Source: an uncultured Chryseosolibacter sp. (GTDB taxonomy: Bacteria; Bacteroidota; Bacteroidia; Cytophagales; Cyclobacteriaceae). Taken from it: a stretch of DNA of 43,359 bases. Positions 18,466 to 27,015 of the stretch are shown here, piece after piece. The notes under the pieces are model-generated. The model was not told the DNA's origin. It saw only the letters and a list, made by a program, of their open reading frames with translations, and searched no databases. Numbering within the stretch: the first letter of the stretch is position 1; the number at the start of each line of letters is the position of its first letter. A program made the position numbers and the translations under genes. The DNA lies in NCBI GenBank assembly GCA_967728665.1, contig CBQWHS010000001.1:1-43359 (forward strand), read 5' to 3'.

Positions 18466-20010
18466 TTATGATTTAGCTAACTCCTGCTCTACCGTTACCA
18501 CGATAAATTCGGCAGGGTGTACTACTGCAAGCAATACTGTGGTGCGCAGATATCCGTCAAGAAGATCCTGAGGAGTCATTGTTGAGCCAAGGCCGATCTG
18601 CACTGTAAATGCGTCTTCAGGCTTTGCTCCCTGCAAGGCGCCTTCGTTCCAAACATTTGTAAGAAAATTCTCCAGCATACTCTTGATCGTAACCCACGTG
18701 TTGGAATCATTTGGAGCAAACACATACGCGCGCAATGCATCCTTAACAGATTGCTCGATCATGGTTACGGTTCTTCGTATGTTGATATAGCGCCAGTCCT
18801 GGCTGTTGCCGTTGAGTGTTCTTGCGCCCCAAACTAAAACGCCCTGGCCATTGAAAAAGCGAAAAGCATTGACAGATTTTCCACTCACGGCGTCAACGTT
18901 AAGTCCGGCCTGATCATCATCATCCAGTTGAATGGTCAAATCCGTTACGCCTACAGGAGAAACGTTAGCGGGCGCCACCCAAACTCCGCGTGATGAATCC
19001 ACATAACTATAAACTCCTGCCACCACTCCGCTGGGTGGTAATGTGTTCACCTTGTCCTGAATGATGGTCAGGATCTGAGTGTACGTTTTGCTGGCCATCA
19101 TCAAAGCCTGATTATTCTGAGTGACTGTTAATGAGTTGCCCGCTTTAATTGAATTGAGAATTGAAACCGCAGCAGGATTAGGTGCAGTCGCCGGATTAAG
19201 TATATCCATCAGCACGGAAATATCTCCGATGTTGGTATAATCAATCTGATCGATGGATGTAGCTGTTGTTTTTAAAAAAGGATAGTATGCTGCTCCGTAT
19301 TTTAATCCATTGTTGCCAGTCCAGTTTCTGAAATTGTCAATGTCCTTCGTCCATAAAATCGGATCTGGGGCTCTTCCACCTTTCACATCGATAATGGCCA
19401 TGTAGGTTTGCATCACAGTACTCTGCAGGAGCATATCTTCCAGCAGCGTTTGATAGTCTGCATTGCTGAGCAGGGTAGACTCAGGGGTTACATACATGGT
19501 CACTTCATCAATCTTCTTCAAGGCCAGCAGCGCAGTTTGATAATCCGCCAATTTCACACTCATATTTGAGATCTCGTCTCCGGGATTGATGGGTGTATTG
19601 GTAGCGGGACCATAGGGGCCGAGCGAAACGATATATGCTACACTGCCTCCATTTTGAAAAAACATCTTTATACTATTGTATAAATAGTAGATGGTTCCCG
19701 GATCGGGTTCAATGGTGTATATATCCCCGCCAAAAGAATAATACTCTCCGACTACAGGTGCTTTTTTCTGTTTCGTGAGATAATACGTTGGAGAATACTG
19801 TTTTGCCAATGAAGGATTGCAGAAAAACGCGACGAACTGGTTCATCGAAGTAATCCTCACAGGCTTCATCGTATATGACTTTCCTTCATACGATGCGTTT
19901 GGAGTATACCCGATGAATGCAGGAACCGCAGTAGCTACCTGTACAACGGAGTTTGGAAAAGCATTTACTTCATCGATGTAAACACCCGGTGTTGCTAAGT
20001 TTGTAATCAT
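18466..20010 (-). CDS. Contractile tail sheath protein (Afp2/3/4-like)
   Basis: TPGVYIDEVNAFP..TAVPAFIGYT, FFQNGG..YIVS, AAYYPFL, PPSGVVAG, GVWVAPAN, VWGARTL..WRYINIRR, VFAPND and PAEFI. Confidence 0.96.
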   Translation of the reverse strand: MITNLATPGVYIDEVNAFPNSVVQVATAVPAFIGYTPNASYEGKSYTMKPVRITSMNQFVAFFCNPSLAKQYSPTYYLTKQKKAPVVGEYYSFGGDIYTIEPDPGTIYYLYNSIKMFFQNGGSVAYIVSLGPYGPATNTPINPGDEISNMSVKLADYQTALLALKKIDEVTMYVTPESTLLSNADYQTLLEDMLLQSTVMQTYMAIIDVKGGRAPDPILWTKDIDNFRNWTGNNGLKYGAAYYPFLKTTATSIDQIDYTNIGDISVLMDILNPATAPNPAAVSILNSIKAGNSLTVTQNNQALMMASKTYTQILTIIQDKVNTLPPSGVVAGVYSYVDSSRGVWVAPANVSPVGVTDLTIQLDDDDQAGLNVDAVSGKSVNAFRFFNGQGVLVWGARTLNGNSQDWRYINIRRTVTMIEQSVKDALRAYVFAPNDSNTWVTIKSMLENFLTNVWNEGALQGAKPEDAFTVQIGLGSTMTPQDLLDGYLRTTVLLAVVHPAEFIVVTVEQELAKS

Positions 20011-20642
20011 AATTGTTCAATGGTTTTTTTATCTTTTTTAAGGCCAGTAATAGAATCACGATCTTTTTCCGGAGCTATTTCCCTGATGGCAGGAACATCT
20101 TCCATCGAGTCATCCTGAAATGAGAGAAGTCTTACTTTGAAAAGCACCGATGGCATATATTTCGCCCCGAGTGCTCCCCACAGGCTATGCTCCTGATGAT
20201 AACTGAGCTTCACTAATTCAAACGCCAGCTCTTGAATGTTTGAATCGAGATGAGGTGTATTGGTTTTTGAAAAGAAATTTTTCTTCTGAAAAAAATAAAT
20301 GGCTTCCGACAAAAATTTCAAGCCCTCATTATAATTGGATGACTCAAACACAGCGGTGATCAGTACATCCAGATTAAAATTGAAAGGCAAATTTTCAGTG
20401 AGGGTAAAACCATCTTCGACTTTATCTTTTTCTATGTACACTCGGCTAAACGGAAAGGATGTTTCATGCTCCAAATTGATGAGAGAAACAACTATTTTAT
20501 TCAGGCAATCTTCCGGGATAGTTCCATCCTGATTAAGAATGGTGTTGAGCACTGCAGCCTTCTGCGTTTTCAACATGAATCTTCTGATCAGGTAATCATT
20601 CAATTCCTTTGTGACACTATTTAATGCCTGATATATGATCAT
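20007..20642 (-). CDS. DUF4255 / Afp16-Pvc16-like tube cap (terminator) protein
   Basis: IVVSLINLEHE, NLDVLITA, NYNEGLKFLS..FFQ and LWGALGAKYMPSVLFKVRL; ATGA overlap with the sheath start. ATG 20642 preferred over TTG 20678. Confidence 0.9.
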   Translation of the reverse strand: MIIYQALNSVTKELNDYLIRRFMLKTQKAAVLNTILNQDGTIPEDCLNKIVVSLINLEHETSFPFSRVYIEKDKVEDGFTLTENLPFNFNLDVLITAVFESSNYNEGLKFLSEAIYFFQKKNFFSKTNTPHLDSNIQELAFELVKLSYHQEHSLWGALGAKYMPSVLFKVRLLSFQDDSMEDVPAIREIAPEKDRDSITGLKKDKKTIEQL

Positions 20643-20705
20643 GTTACAAGTGGGGTTGGCCTTGCTTTCGTGAGACAAAAATGTATGCTACGGCTGCGTT
20701 ATGCG

Positions 20706-20791
20706 AGAGGAGAAGTACCCGATTGCGAAATCGGGTACTTCTACCTGATACAGGTGTTAATAAGAGTGCAGAAACCAGATATTTCTACCTG
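20706..20791. promoter_or_regulatory. Putative operator array upstream of the eCIS operon (CAGGTA-N4-TACCTG sites and a 14-bp inverted repeat)
   Basis: CGGGTActtcTACCTG at 20732-20747 and CAGATAtttcTACCTG at 20776-20791 (44 bp apart). Perfect inverted repeat AGAAGTACCCGATT-gcga-AATCGGGTACTTCT at 20711-20742. Confidence 0.65.
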
Positions 20792-21058
20792 ATTTTCAGC
20801 GATCATTAAAACAAATTCGTCTTTCGATTTTTAGTTTCGAAAAAAATTGACGATTTAAAGATGTGGGAATTGGCGAGAAAAGTTTTTTTAGAATGATACT
20901 GTGGACCTTGTTGTGATAAAACGAATCCGTTTAGAGTTCCGTGGGTGGAGTTTTTTACTTCAGAGATTCAAAGTGTAAAAGGGGCGTAATAAAGTGCGAA
21001 CCAAATTCATTTTTGATTTCTGGCATCCTCGCGCCTTTGTTGCAAAAAATATGCAGGA

Positions 21059-21745
21059 TCAGATCTTAACGATATTGTTTTTAACTGCATAGATCACCAG
21101 ACCTGCTACATTTTTTGCGCCTGTCTTTTCCAACAGGCTCATACGGTGACCATTCACCGTTTTTACACTAATGAAAAGCTTCTCCCCGATTTCTTCAGCA
21201 GTAAGCTGCTGACAAACCAAAGCGAGTACTTCCGCTTCGCGGCGAGTAAGTAATAAGCCCGGGAATTCCTGCTTCTGTTGGTTTTTTTTGTCTGGTTTCC
21301 GCTGGAGAGCCTTCAAAGCTCGTTGATTGATATACGTGCCTCGCGTATGAACAGTGCAAATAGCATCATATACTTCTCTGGGATCGCTGTCCTTAACGAG
21401 ATAACCGTGGGCACCGTGTTCGATTGCCTGCACGATAAAATTTTCGTCGTCATGCACTGAAAGAATAATGATCTTCATATCTGGGAATGCCGCCCGCAAC
21501 GCTATCGTGGTTTCTTTACCGCTGAACTCAGTACCATTCTGCGATGGCAGAGAGAAATCAACCAGCATCACATCCGGCACACGCGAAGAGGCATTCAGCT
21601 TTTCGACAACCGTATAGCCTTCCTGCGACTCAAAAACAACCTCAATATTTTTCCAGGATGAAAGGATTGCTTTCATACCCTGCAGAAAAAGCAATTGGTC
21701 CTCCACAAGGCCTACCCTTGTTACTGTTTCATGTTCATTGTTCAT
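21059..21745 (-). CDS. NarL/FixJ-family response regulator (REC + LuxR HTH)
   Basis: LVEDQ, phospho-acceptor MLVDFSLP, ILSVH, GAHGYLVKD; HTH LTRREAEVL..EIGEKLFISVKTVNGHR. Confidence 0.95.
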   Translation of the reverse strand: MNNEHETVTRVGLVEDQLLFLQGMKAILSSWKNIEVVFESQEGYTVVEKLNASSRVPDVMLVDFSLPSQNGTEFSGKETTIALRAAFPDMKIIILSVHDDENFIVQAIEHGAHGYLVKDSDPREVYDAICTVHTRGTYINQRALKALQRKPDKKNQQKQEFPGLLLTRREAEVLALVCQQLTAEEIGEKLFISVKTVNGHRMSLLEKTGAKNVAGLVIYAVKNNIVKI

Positions 21746-21783
21746 TGTTTTGGAAAGATATCCCGGAAATGTAAGTCAGCAAT

Positions 21784-22611
21784 TCAAAGAGATTTTATTT
21801 CAAAATATTCTTCATTTACGGTTGTCAGTGCCGGCACAACAACAGAAGCATTGAAACCTCTCTCTGTGCCATTGCTCGTTTGTAACGTGGCGCCTATTGA
21901 ATTCGCCCTGGCCTCCATGCTTCGCATCCCAAGTCCGCTTTGCATCTTCTCCTCTGCCAGCCCCTTTCCGTTATCGCGATAGCAAAAGACTATCTTTTCA
22001 CTGTCTTGTTCCAGTGAGATATCAATTTCAGTTGCGCCGGAATGCTTGATCGTATTGTGGATCATCTCCATACATATACGATAGAGCGAGAGCTCCACGG
22101 ACCGGGATATATTATCAAGTTCATCAGGAGAAACAAAACGTATGGCAATATTATCCGTGCCGTTCAATTGATCGCAGACGCCTGTAATGGTTTTTATCAG
22201 GCCGAACTGTTCGAGCTGAGCCGGCATCAGCTCATGACTCAGTTTGCGCATCGAAGCCAGTATAGCTTCAGTAGTTGTGCGTACTTGCTTCAGAGAGGCA
22301 GCAAGGGCCGTGTCAGATACCTGTTGTTGTTCTATCTGAATAAGCTGCATGCGCGCAATTGCCAGAGCCGCTCCCAGCTCATCGTGCATATCCTGGGCAA
22401 TACGTTTGCGTTCTCTCTCCTGCCCTTCGATGCTCGACTTCAGCAAACCCTGCTGGTAAATGTTCTTGAGCTCTTCCTGCGCGAGCATCTGCTGATAGAG
22501 ATTTTTTCTGAAATGCTGATACATGAGAATCACGCCGATGGCAATGATGAATATGATGCCTGCGACGGGCAAAAGTGTTGTGAGAAAATTAACCTCCTGG
22601 GTGGGTGTCAT
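21784..22611 (-). CDS. HisKA_3 histidine kinase with a single N-terminal TM helix and no sensor domain
   Basis: H box ERKRIAQDMHDELG, N box EMIHNTIKHSGA, DNGKG and GLGMRSMEAR; TM LLPVAGIIFIIAIGVILMY. Start is ATG 22611 or GTG 22641. Confidence 0.93.
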   Translation of the reverse strand: MTPTQEVNFLTTLLPVAGIIFIIAIGVILMYQHFRKNLYQQMLAQEELKNIYQQGLLKSSIEGQERERKRIAQDMHDELGAALAIARMQLIQIEQQQVSDTALAASLKQVRTTTEAILASMRKLSHELMPAQLEQFGLIKTITGVCDQLNGTDNIAIRFVSPDELDNISRSVELSLYRICMEMIHNTIKHSGATEIDISLEQDSEKIVFCYRDNGKGLAEEKMQSGLGMRSMEARANSIGATLQTSNGTERGFNASVVVPALTTVNEEYFEIKSL

Positions 22612-22659
22612 ATCTTCTCCAAAAATAAAAAGTTCCTGCACTTGTTCTATACATCACAG

Positions 22660-23316
22660 CTAACGGTTTGCAGGCCGATACCACAATCCGACAAAAAAGC
22701 AACCATACATTATGTTTGAAAATAACGCGTGAATCACCCAAGTAAGGCTTAAAAGCGGTGAAGGAAAGAACGATGTTATCAGCTCACCGAAATAAAATAT
22801 CAAAATACTGGACGAATAATACAGAAACAGGCCTGAGTTGATCCAATTAAGGCTTTTAATAAGGCCGGCCCGGCTTTTTTTTACAATGTCATCCATTAAA
22901 ACCATATAAGTGGTCAGCGATAGGATAATGATCAGTACAGACTCGACCGTAAGCGCGTATGAGTTGAACGTAAAGATATCCTGGATGAAAATGGAGTTGA
23001 TGATGGTAAAGGTGAGAAAGGAAAAAAGTATTGTACGCAGTATGCTTGCCTTAATAAAGCCTTTTAAAACTTTCTCATAAAACAATGCGATGCACACAAA
23101 ACCTGTTGCCACATACAAGTGCAGAAGCGGCATATTATTCATGCTGAGAAACCAATATGTTTTGGAAGTGAGCTCAATAAACACGGAGAGAAAGACGAAA
23201 CGTGCAAATACCCTGAGCTCATCAACCATGTTTCCGTAAACAAAAACCGTATAAGCCGCGACTGCAACTGTTGGGACAGAAGAAAACAAAATGAATGCAA
23301 AAACTGCCTCGTGCAT
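22660..23316 (-). CDS. Stand-alone polytopic (about 7 TM) membrane protein, putative sensor partner of the kinase
   Basis: About 218 aa from ATG 23316 (1 bp after the upstream stop), almost wholly hydrophobic segments with NNMPLLHLY, FNSYA and WINSGLFLYY motifs. The track's extension to 23424 overlaps the upstream gene. Confidence 0.8.
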   Translation of the reverse strand: MHEAVFAFILFSSVPTVAVAAYTVFVYGNMVDELRVFARFVFLSVFIELTSKTYWFLSMNNMPLLHLYVATGFVCIALFYEKVLKGFIKASILRTILFSFLTFTIINSIFIQDIFTFNSYALTVESVLIIILSLTTYMVLMDDIVKKSRAGLIKSLNWINSGLFLYYSSSILIFYFGELITSFFPSPLLSLTWVIHALFSNIMYGCFFVGLWYRPANR

Positions 23317-23317
23317 C

Positions 23318-23830
23318 TTATTGCTCGCCAAGAAGTGGGCTATCCGATGGGCAGGAGTTTGGACAAGGGCCAGTGAAATCCATAACATACTCTCCTTCCT
23401 GTACTGTGAGGCCAGCGCCATCATCTATGCCATCGGCCTTTCGGTGACTGTAACGTCCCTTTAGTATGATATCTTTTCCAGCAAGGTGCTTGTCAATGTC
23501 AGCACTGTCAACGGGAGTTAAAAAAGCTCTGAACTTGTTATTGAAGTCAAGGCCGAGGTAGATGCGAGCGTACTCATACTTGACTTTTTGATTTGATTGC
23601 ACGCCCAATGCTTCAAGAAGATCTTCAGCACGTATGGTGAAAGCCTGGATTGGAGGCTCTTTAAAGTATCGCTTAGTACTGTCACTATAATTTTTAATGT
23701 ATATAGCAGCAGAGTCCAGGGATATCGCATACGATGCGATGTTGTCTGTTGGTGTTTCGTTGTTTGATTCCTTTTGTGTGCATGACATAGCGACGCAAAG
23801 ACCGATGAACAAATACAAACTGGTTTTCAT
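23318..23830 (-). CDS. Hypothetical lipoprotein with C-terminal DFTxPCPxxC motif
   Basis: SPII-type signal MKTSLYLFIGLCVAMS-C; ARIYLGLD core; ends VMDFTGPCPNSCPSDSPLLGEQ. Confidence 0.82.
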   Translation of the reverse strand: MKTSLYLFIGLCVAMSCTQKESNNETPTDNIASYAISLDSAAIYIKNYSDSTKRYFKEPPIQAFTIRAEDLLEALGVQSNQKVKYEYARIYLGLDFNNKFRAFLTPVDSADIDKHLAGKDIILKGRYSHRKADGIDDGAGLTVQEGEYVMDFTGPCPNSCPSDSPLLGEQ

Positions 23831-23912
23831 AATAATAGAATTGAGGTTTGGTGAGGTTATAAAAACAAGAGTAAAGAATTAGAGGAGAACACGAAAGGGA
23901 TTAGCTGCAAAA

Positions 23913-23950
23913 CAGTTAAAAATACCTGCAAAAACCAGTAGATGTACCAG
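23913..23950. promoter_or_regulatory. Putative tandem operator upstream of the signalling cassette
   Basis: CAGTTAaaaaTACCTG at 23913-23928 and CCAGTAgatgTACCAG at 23935-23950, 22 bp apart; same palindrome as upstream of the eCIS. Confidence 0.6.
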
Positions 23951-24168
23951 TGTGTCCCTCCCCGACCCTGTTGCTGCAGCGCTTTTGCCAGAGACCACCG
24001 TGATTCAACGTGTGGGCATTCAATTCTTCGAGAAGGTTGGGGTGAAGTATTCACTGATCAGTGCAGGGATCCTGCACAAACGCTTTTGATACTATCAGCT
24101 TTGCTTTTTTACATTAAATGTTACTAAGAAGTAGACACTTCTAAATATCTGATACGTAGGTTATCGCT

Positions 24169-26580
24169 CTATTCGCTTCTTAGGCTGTTCACCGGATTCG
24201 CCAGGGCGGCTTTGACTGCCTGAAAGCTTACCGTTGCCAGTGTTATCACCAGTGCTCCTCCAGATGCCGCGGCGAAGATCCACCATGCGATCTCCGTACG
24301 GTAGTCATATCCGCTTATTCCCTTGTAAAGAAAATAATATGACGTGGGCACTGCGATGATACAAGCCACGATAATCAATATTACAAATTCACCCGAGAGC
24401 ATTCGGCACAATGTTGCAACAGATGCGCCCAATACTTTCCTTATACCAACTTCCTTTGTGCGCTGTTCTGCCACAAACGATGCAAGCCCGAATAGCCCCA
24501 AGCAACTGATGATGATTGCAAGTGTAGTGAACACGATGGCAAGTCTTCCGATGTTGTCTTCGGTGGAGAACTTAGTGGCATACTCCTGTGATGCAAATTT
24601 ATAATCAAAAGGACTATCAGGAATCACTTTCTTAAACGTTGCTTCTATTTTCGGTAATGCTTCGGCAGTGCTGATAGCTGGATTGATCCGCAAGTACATC
24701 CACCCGGCCCCGCCCATATTAAGATAAATAGCGGGTCGCACAGGTTCGAATGGAGAGTTCATCACCATGTCGTGAATGACTCCTACAATGTGAAAATCTT
24801 TGTCCATATTCCACGCTAGGTTTGTCCAATGCACGGTTTCTCCCACGGGGTGTTCAAGCTTCATTTGTTTAGCAGCAGACTCATTGATGATGATCCCGGA
24901 AGAATCGCTGGCGATGTCACGGGAAAACGTCCTTCCATCGATTATAGTCCATCCAACGGTCGTTCCGAAATCGGCGGAGACGTTCAACGTGCTGAAACTA
25001 TTATCAGCCAGCGGGTCAAATCCTTTCCAGCTAAAACCACCATTGCCTGACCAGGTTGTAGTGATCGGCCCTCCTGCGTCTGCAATTTCTATTACTGATC
25101 CTGAGCTCTTGAGTTCAGTGCGAAGGGTTTCAAATTTTTCATAGAACGCTTTACCTTTCTTTTGCATCATCAACAATCCTTCACGCGAATATCCCACGGG
25201 ACGGTCTTTTACAAACATCAGTTGGTGATAGATGACGCCCGTGGAAGCGATGAGCATGATGGATACAGTAAACTGCAGGACCACCAGTACTTTGCGAGGC
25301 AGCGAAGCCATACGACCAGCGCGGTATGGGCCCTTTAAAATTTTCAGCGGATTGAATGACGACAGGTAAAGCGCAGGATAGCTTCCGGCTAGCATTCCTG
25401 TGACAAAGAGAAACACAGCACTAAGAATCCAGAATGATGGAGTCTGCCACGGAAGTTGCAAGGCTTTTTGTGAGATGGTGTTGAACCAGGGAAGAGCCAC
25501 AAATACCATCAGCAAGGAGAAACAAAAGGAGATAATGACTACGAGAAATGACTCGGCAAAAAACTGGGCGATGAGTTGTCTGCGATCTGAACCGAGGGTT
25601 TTACGAACTCCCACTTCTTTCGCTCTTTTTTCGGAACGAGCGGTGCTGAGGTTCATGAAATTGATACAGGCGAGCAATAACACAAATACACCGATCGATC
25701 CGATGAACCAAACGAGTTGGATTGGTCCATTCTGTAAAACGCCTTCCTTGTAATCGGAATACAAATGCCAACGACTCATGGGATTAAGATGAACTTCGGG
25801 ATTATATTTTAACCAATCTTGCATGTAATCCAGGTTGCGTGTTGCTTTGATTTCCAGGTCCCTGATGGTGGCATCTACGCTTTCGAAATTTGCCGTGGGT
25901 TGTATCTGAACATAGATTTGAAAAAAGTGATTTTGCCATCCCTGATCCTTTACCCAGGGGTGGTCCAGGAGATAAGCTTCCCAGGGACGGGCGAACTGAA
26001 GACCATACAGATCCGAGTTCTTTGGAAAATCCTCAAAAACACCAGAGATCGTGACCTCCTTCTCGTTGTTAATCTTCACCGTCTTTCCCACAGGATCACC
26101 CGCGCCAAACAATGCATCCGCAGTGGACGCCGAGACCATGATCGATTGAACATCTTTCAATCCCGCACGGGTACCATATATCATCTTCCAGGTGAACATT
26201 TCAGGACCATCTTCCCCGATGTTGGTTCCAGTCTTTGAGATTTTCTTGTCATCAATAGAAAGGATCGCATCGTACTTTCCTTGTCGCGGCACGACATACT
26301 TGAAATTCATACCATAGGTAGTCTGAAGTTCATGGAGCATGGGGTACTGAAGGTAATCTTGACCTGAATAATGTTTTCCCTGAAAACTGCCGGCTTTCAT
26401 CACCTGTGCAATCTGATCGTAGTTATCGTGGTACTTGTTGAACGTCAATTCATCATGCACCCAAAGACCAATGATAAGTGCGACAGCCATGCCCAGGGCA
26501 AGTCCACCGATGTTGATAAATGAATAACCTTTTGTTTTAACAAGGTTTCTCCAGGCGATAGTAAAATAGTTTTTGAACAT
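24169..26580 (-). CDS. ABC transporter permease (MacB-PCD/FtsX duplicated type)
   Basis: MFKNYFTIAWRNL..SFINIGGLALG, ACINFMNLSTARSEKRAKEVGVRK, EQRTKEVGIRKVLGAS and ANPVNSLRSE. Confidence 0.95.
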   Translation of the reverse strand: MFKNYFTIAWRNLVKTKGYSFINIGGLALGMAVALIIGLWVHDELTFNKYHDNYDQIAQVMKAGSFQGKHYSGQDYLQYPMLHELQTTYGMNFKYVVPRQGKYDAILSIDDKKISKTGTNIGEDGPEMFTWKMIYGTRAGLKDVQSIMVSASTADALFGAGDPVGKTVKINNEKEVTISGVFEDFPKNSDLYGLQFARPWEAYLLDHPWVKDQGWQNHFFQIYVQIQPTANFESVDATIRDLEIKATRNLDYMQDWLKYNPEVHLNPMSRWHLYSDYKEGVLQNGPIQLVWFIGSIGVFVLLLACINFMNLSTARSEKRAKEVGVRKTLGSDRRQLIAQFFAESFLVVIISFCFSLLMVFVALPWFNTISQKALQLPWQTPSFWILSAVFLFVTGMLAGSYPALYLSSFNPLKILKGPYRAGRMASLPRKVLVVLQFTVSIMLIASTGVIYHQLMFVKDRPVGYSREGLLMMQKKGKAFYEKFETLRTELKSSGSVIEIADAGGPITTTWSGNGGFSWKGFDPLADNSFSTLNVSADFGTTVGWTIIDGRTFSRDIASDSSGIIINESAAKQMKLEHPVGETVHWTNLAWNMDKDFHIVGVIHDMVMNSPFEPVRPAIYLNMGGAGWMYLRINPAISTAEALPKIEATFKKVIPDSPFDYKFASQEYATKFSTEDNIGRLAIVFTTLAIIISCLGLFGLASFVAEQRTKEVGIRKVLGASVATLCRMLSGEFVILIIVACIIAVPTSYYFLYKGISGYDYRTEIAWWIFAAASGGALVITLATVSFQAVKAALANPVNSLRSE

Positions 26581-27015
26581 TCCTGAGTTGTTTGATGTGG
26601 ATTGGGGAGATGAAACGTAATGTGTTTCTGATCACCCACTTAATGTACTCGCCCAACTGGCAAAGGTTGCATCTCTGACGCAGGAAAATTTGAGAGGGTT
26701 ACCAGTGATCACAATGTATTGGAATCTTTCTCAAAATATTTTCGTGGTGAAGACGGAAGCGTAATCGTTACCGTTTTCCACCAGCATCATAAACCTGAAT
26801 AAGCACTTGTGATTCAGATATTTATTATCTTAGAATTTAATGCTTAGTTGACCAATTCTAAATGGAATCCGATCTTTCTCTGACTTGTCCTTCAGGGTTC
26901 ACGATCCCGAAAATTTTATCATTAATTCACCAGTATTAAAATACACGCCCGGTTGTCAGCGAGGTGCGCAAAAAAGCCGTCTAGTAATTAGCTCAGGTTT
27001 CAAAACAAATGAACA

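Noticed and set aside
2604-20642. Prophage or canonical T6SS interpretation of the tail genes
   Set aside because: There is no capsid, terminase, portal or integrase, and no TssJLM/TssNOP membrane complex or ClpV. DUF4255, the Afp14-type tape measure and the Afp15-type ATPase point to eCIS.
22042-22719. 225-aa plus-strand ORF
   Set aside because: Antisense shadow of the histidine kinase gene, with no recognisable motifs.
23317-23424. N-terminal extension of the multi-TM ORF
   Set aside because: It overlaps the lipoprotein's C-terminal coding region out of frame; ATG 23316 sits right after the stop.
24169-26580. ABC permease as exporter of the signalling lipoprotein or peptide
   Set aside because: Stand-alone paralogues of this family are common in Bacteroidota. 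It is separated by a 338-bp spacer with its own operator-like sites, so adjacency alone is insufficient.
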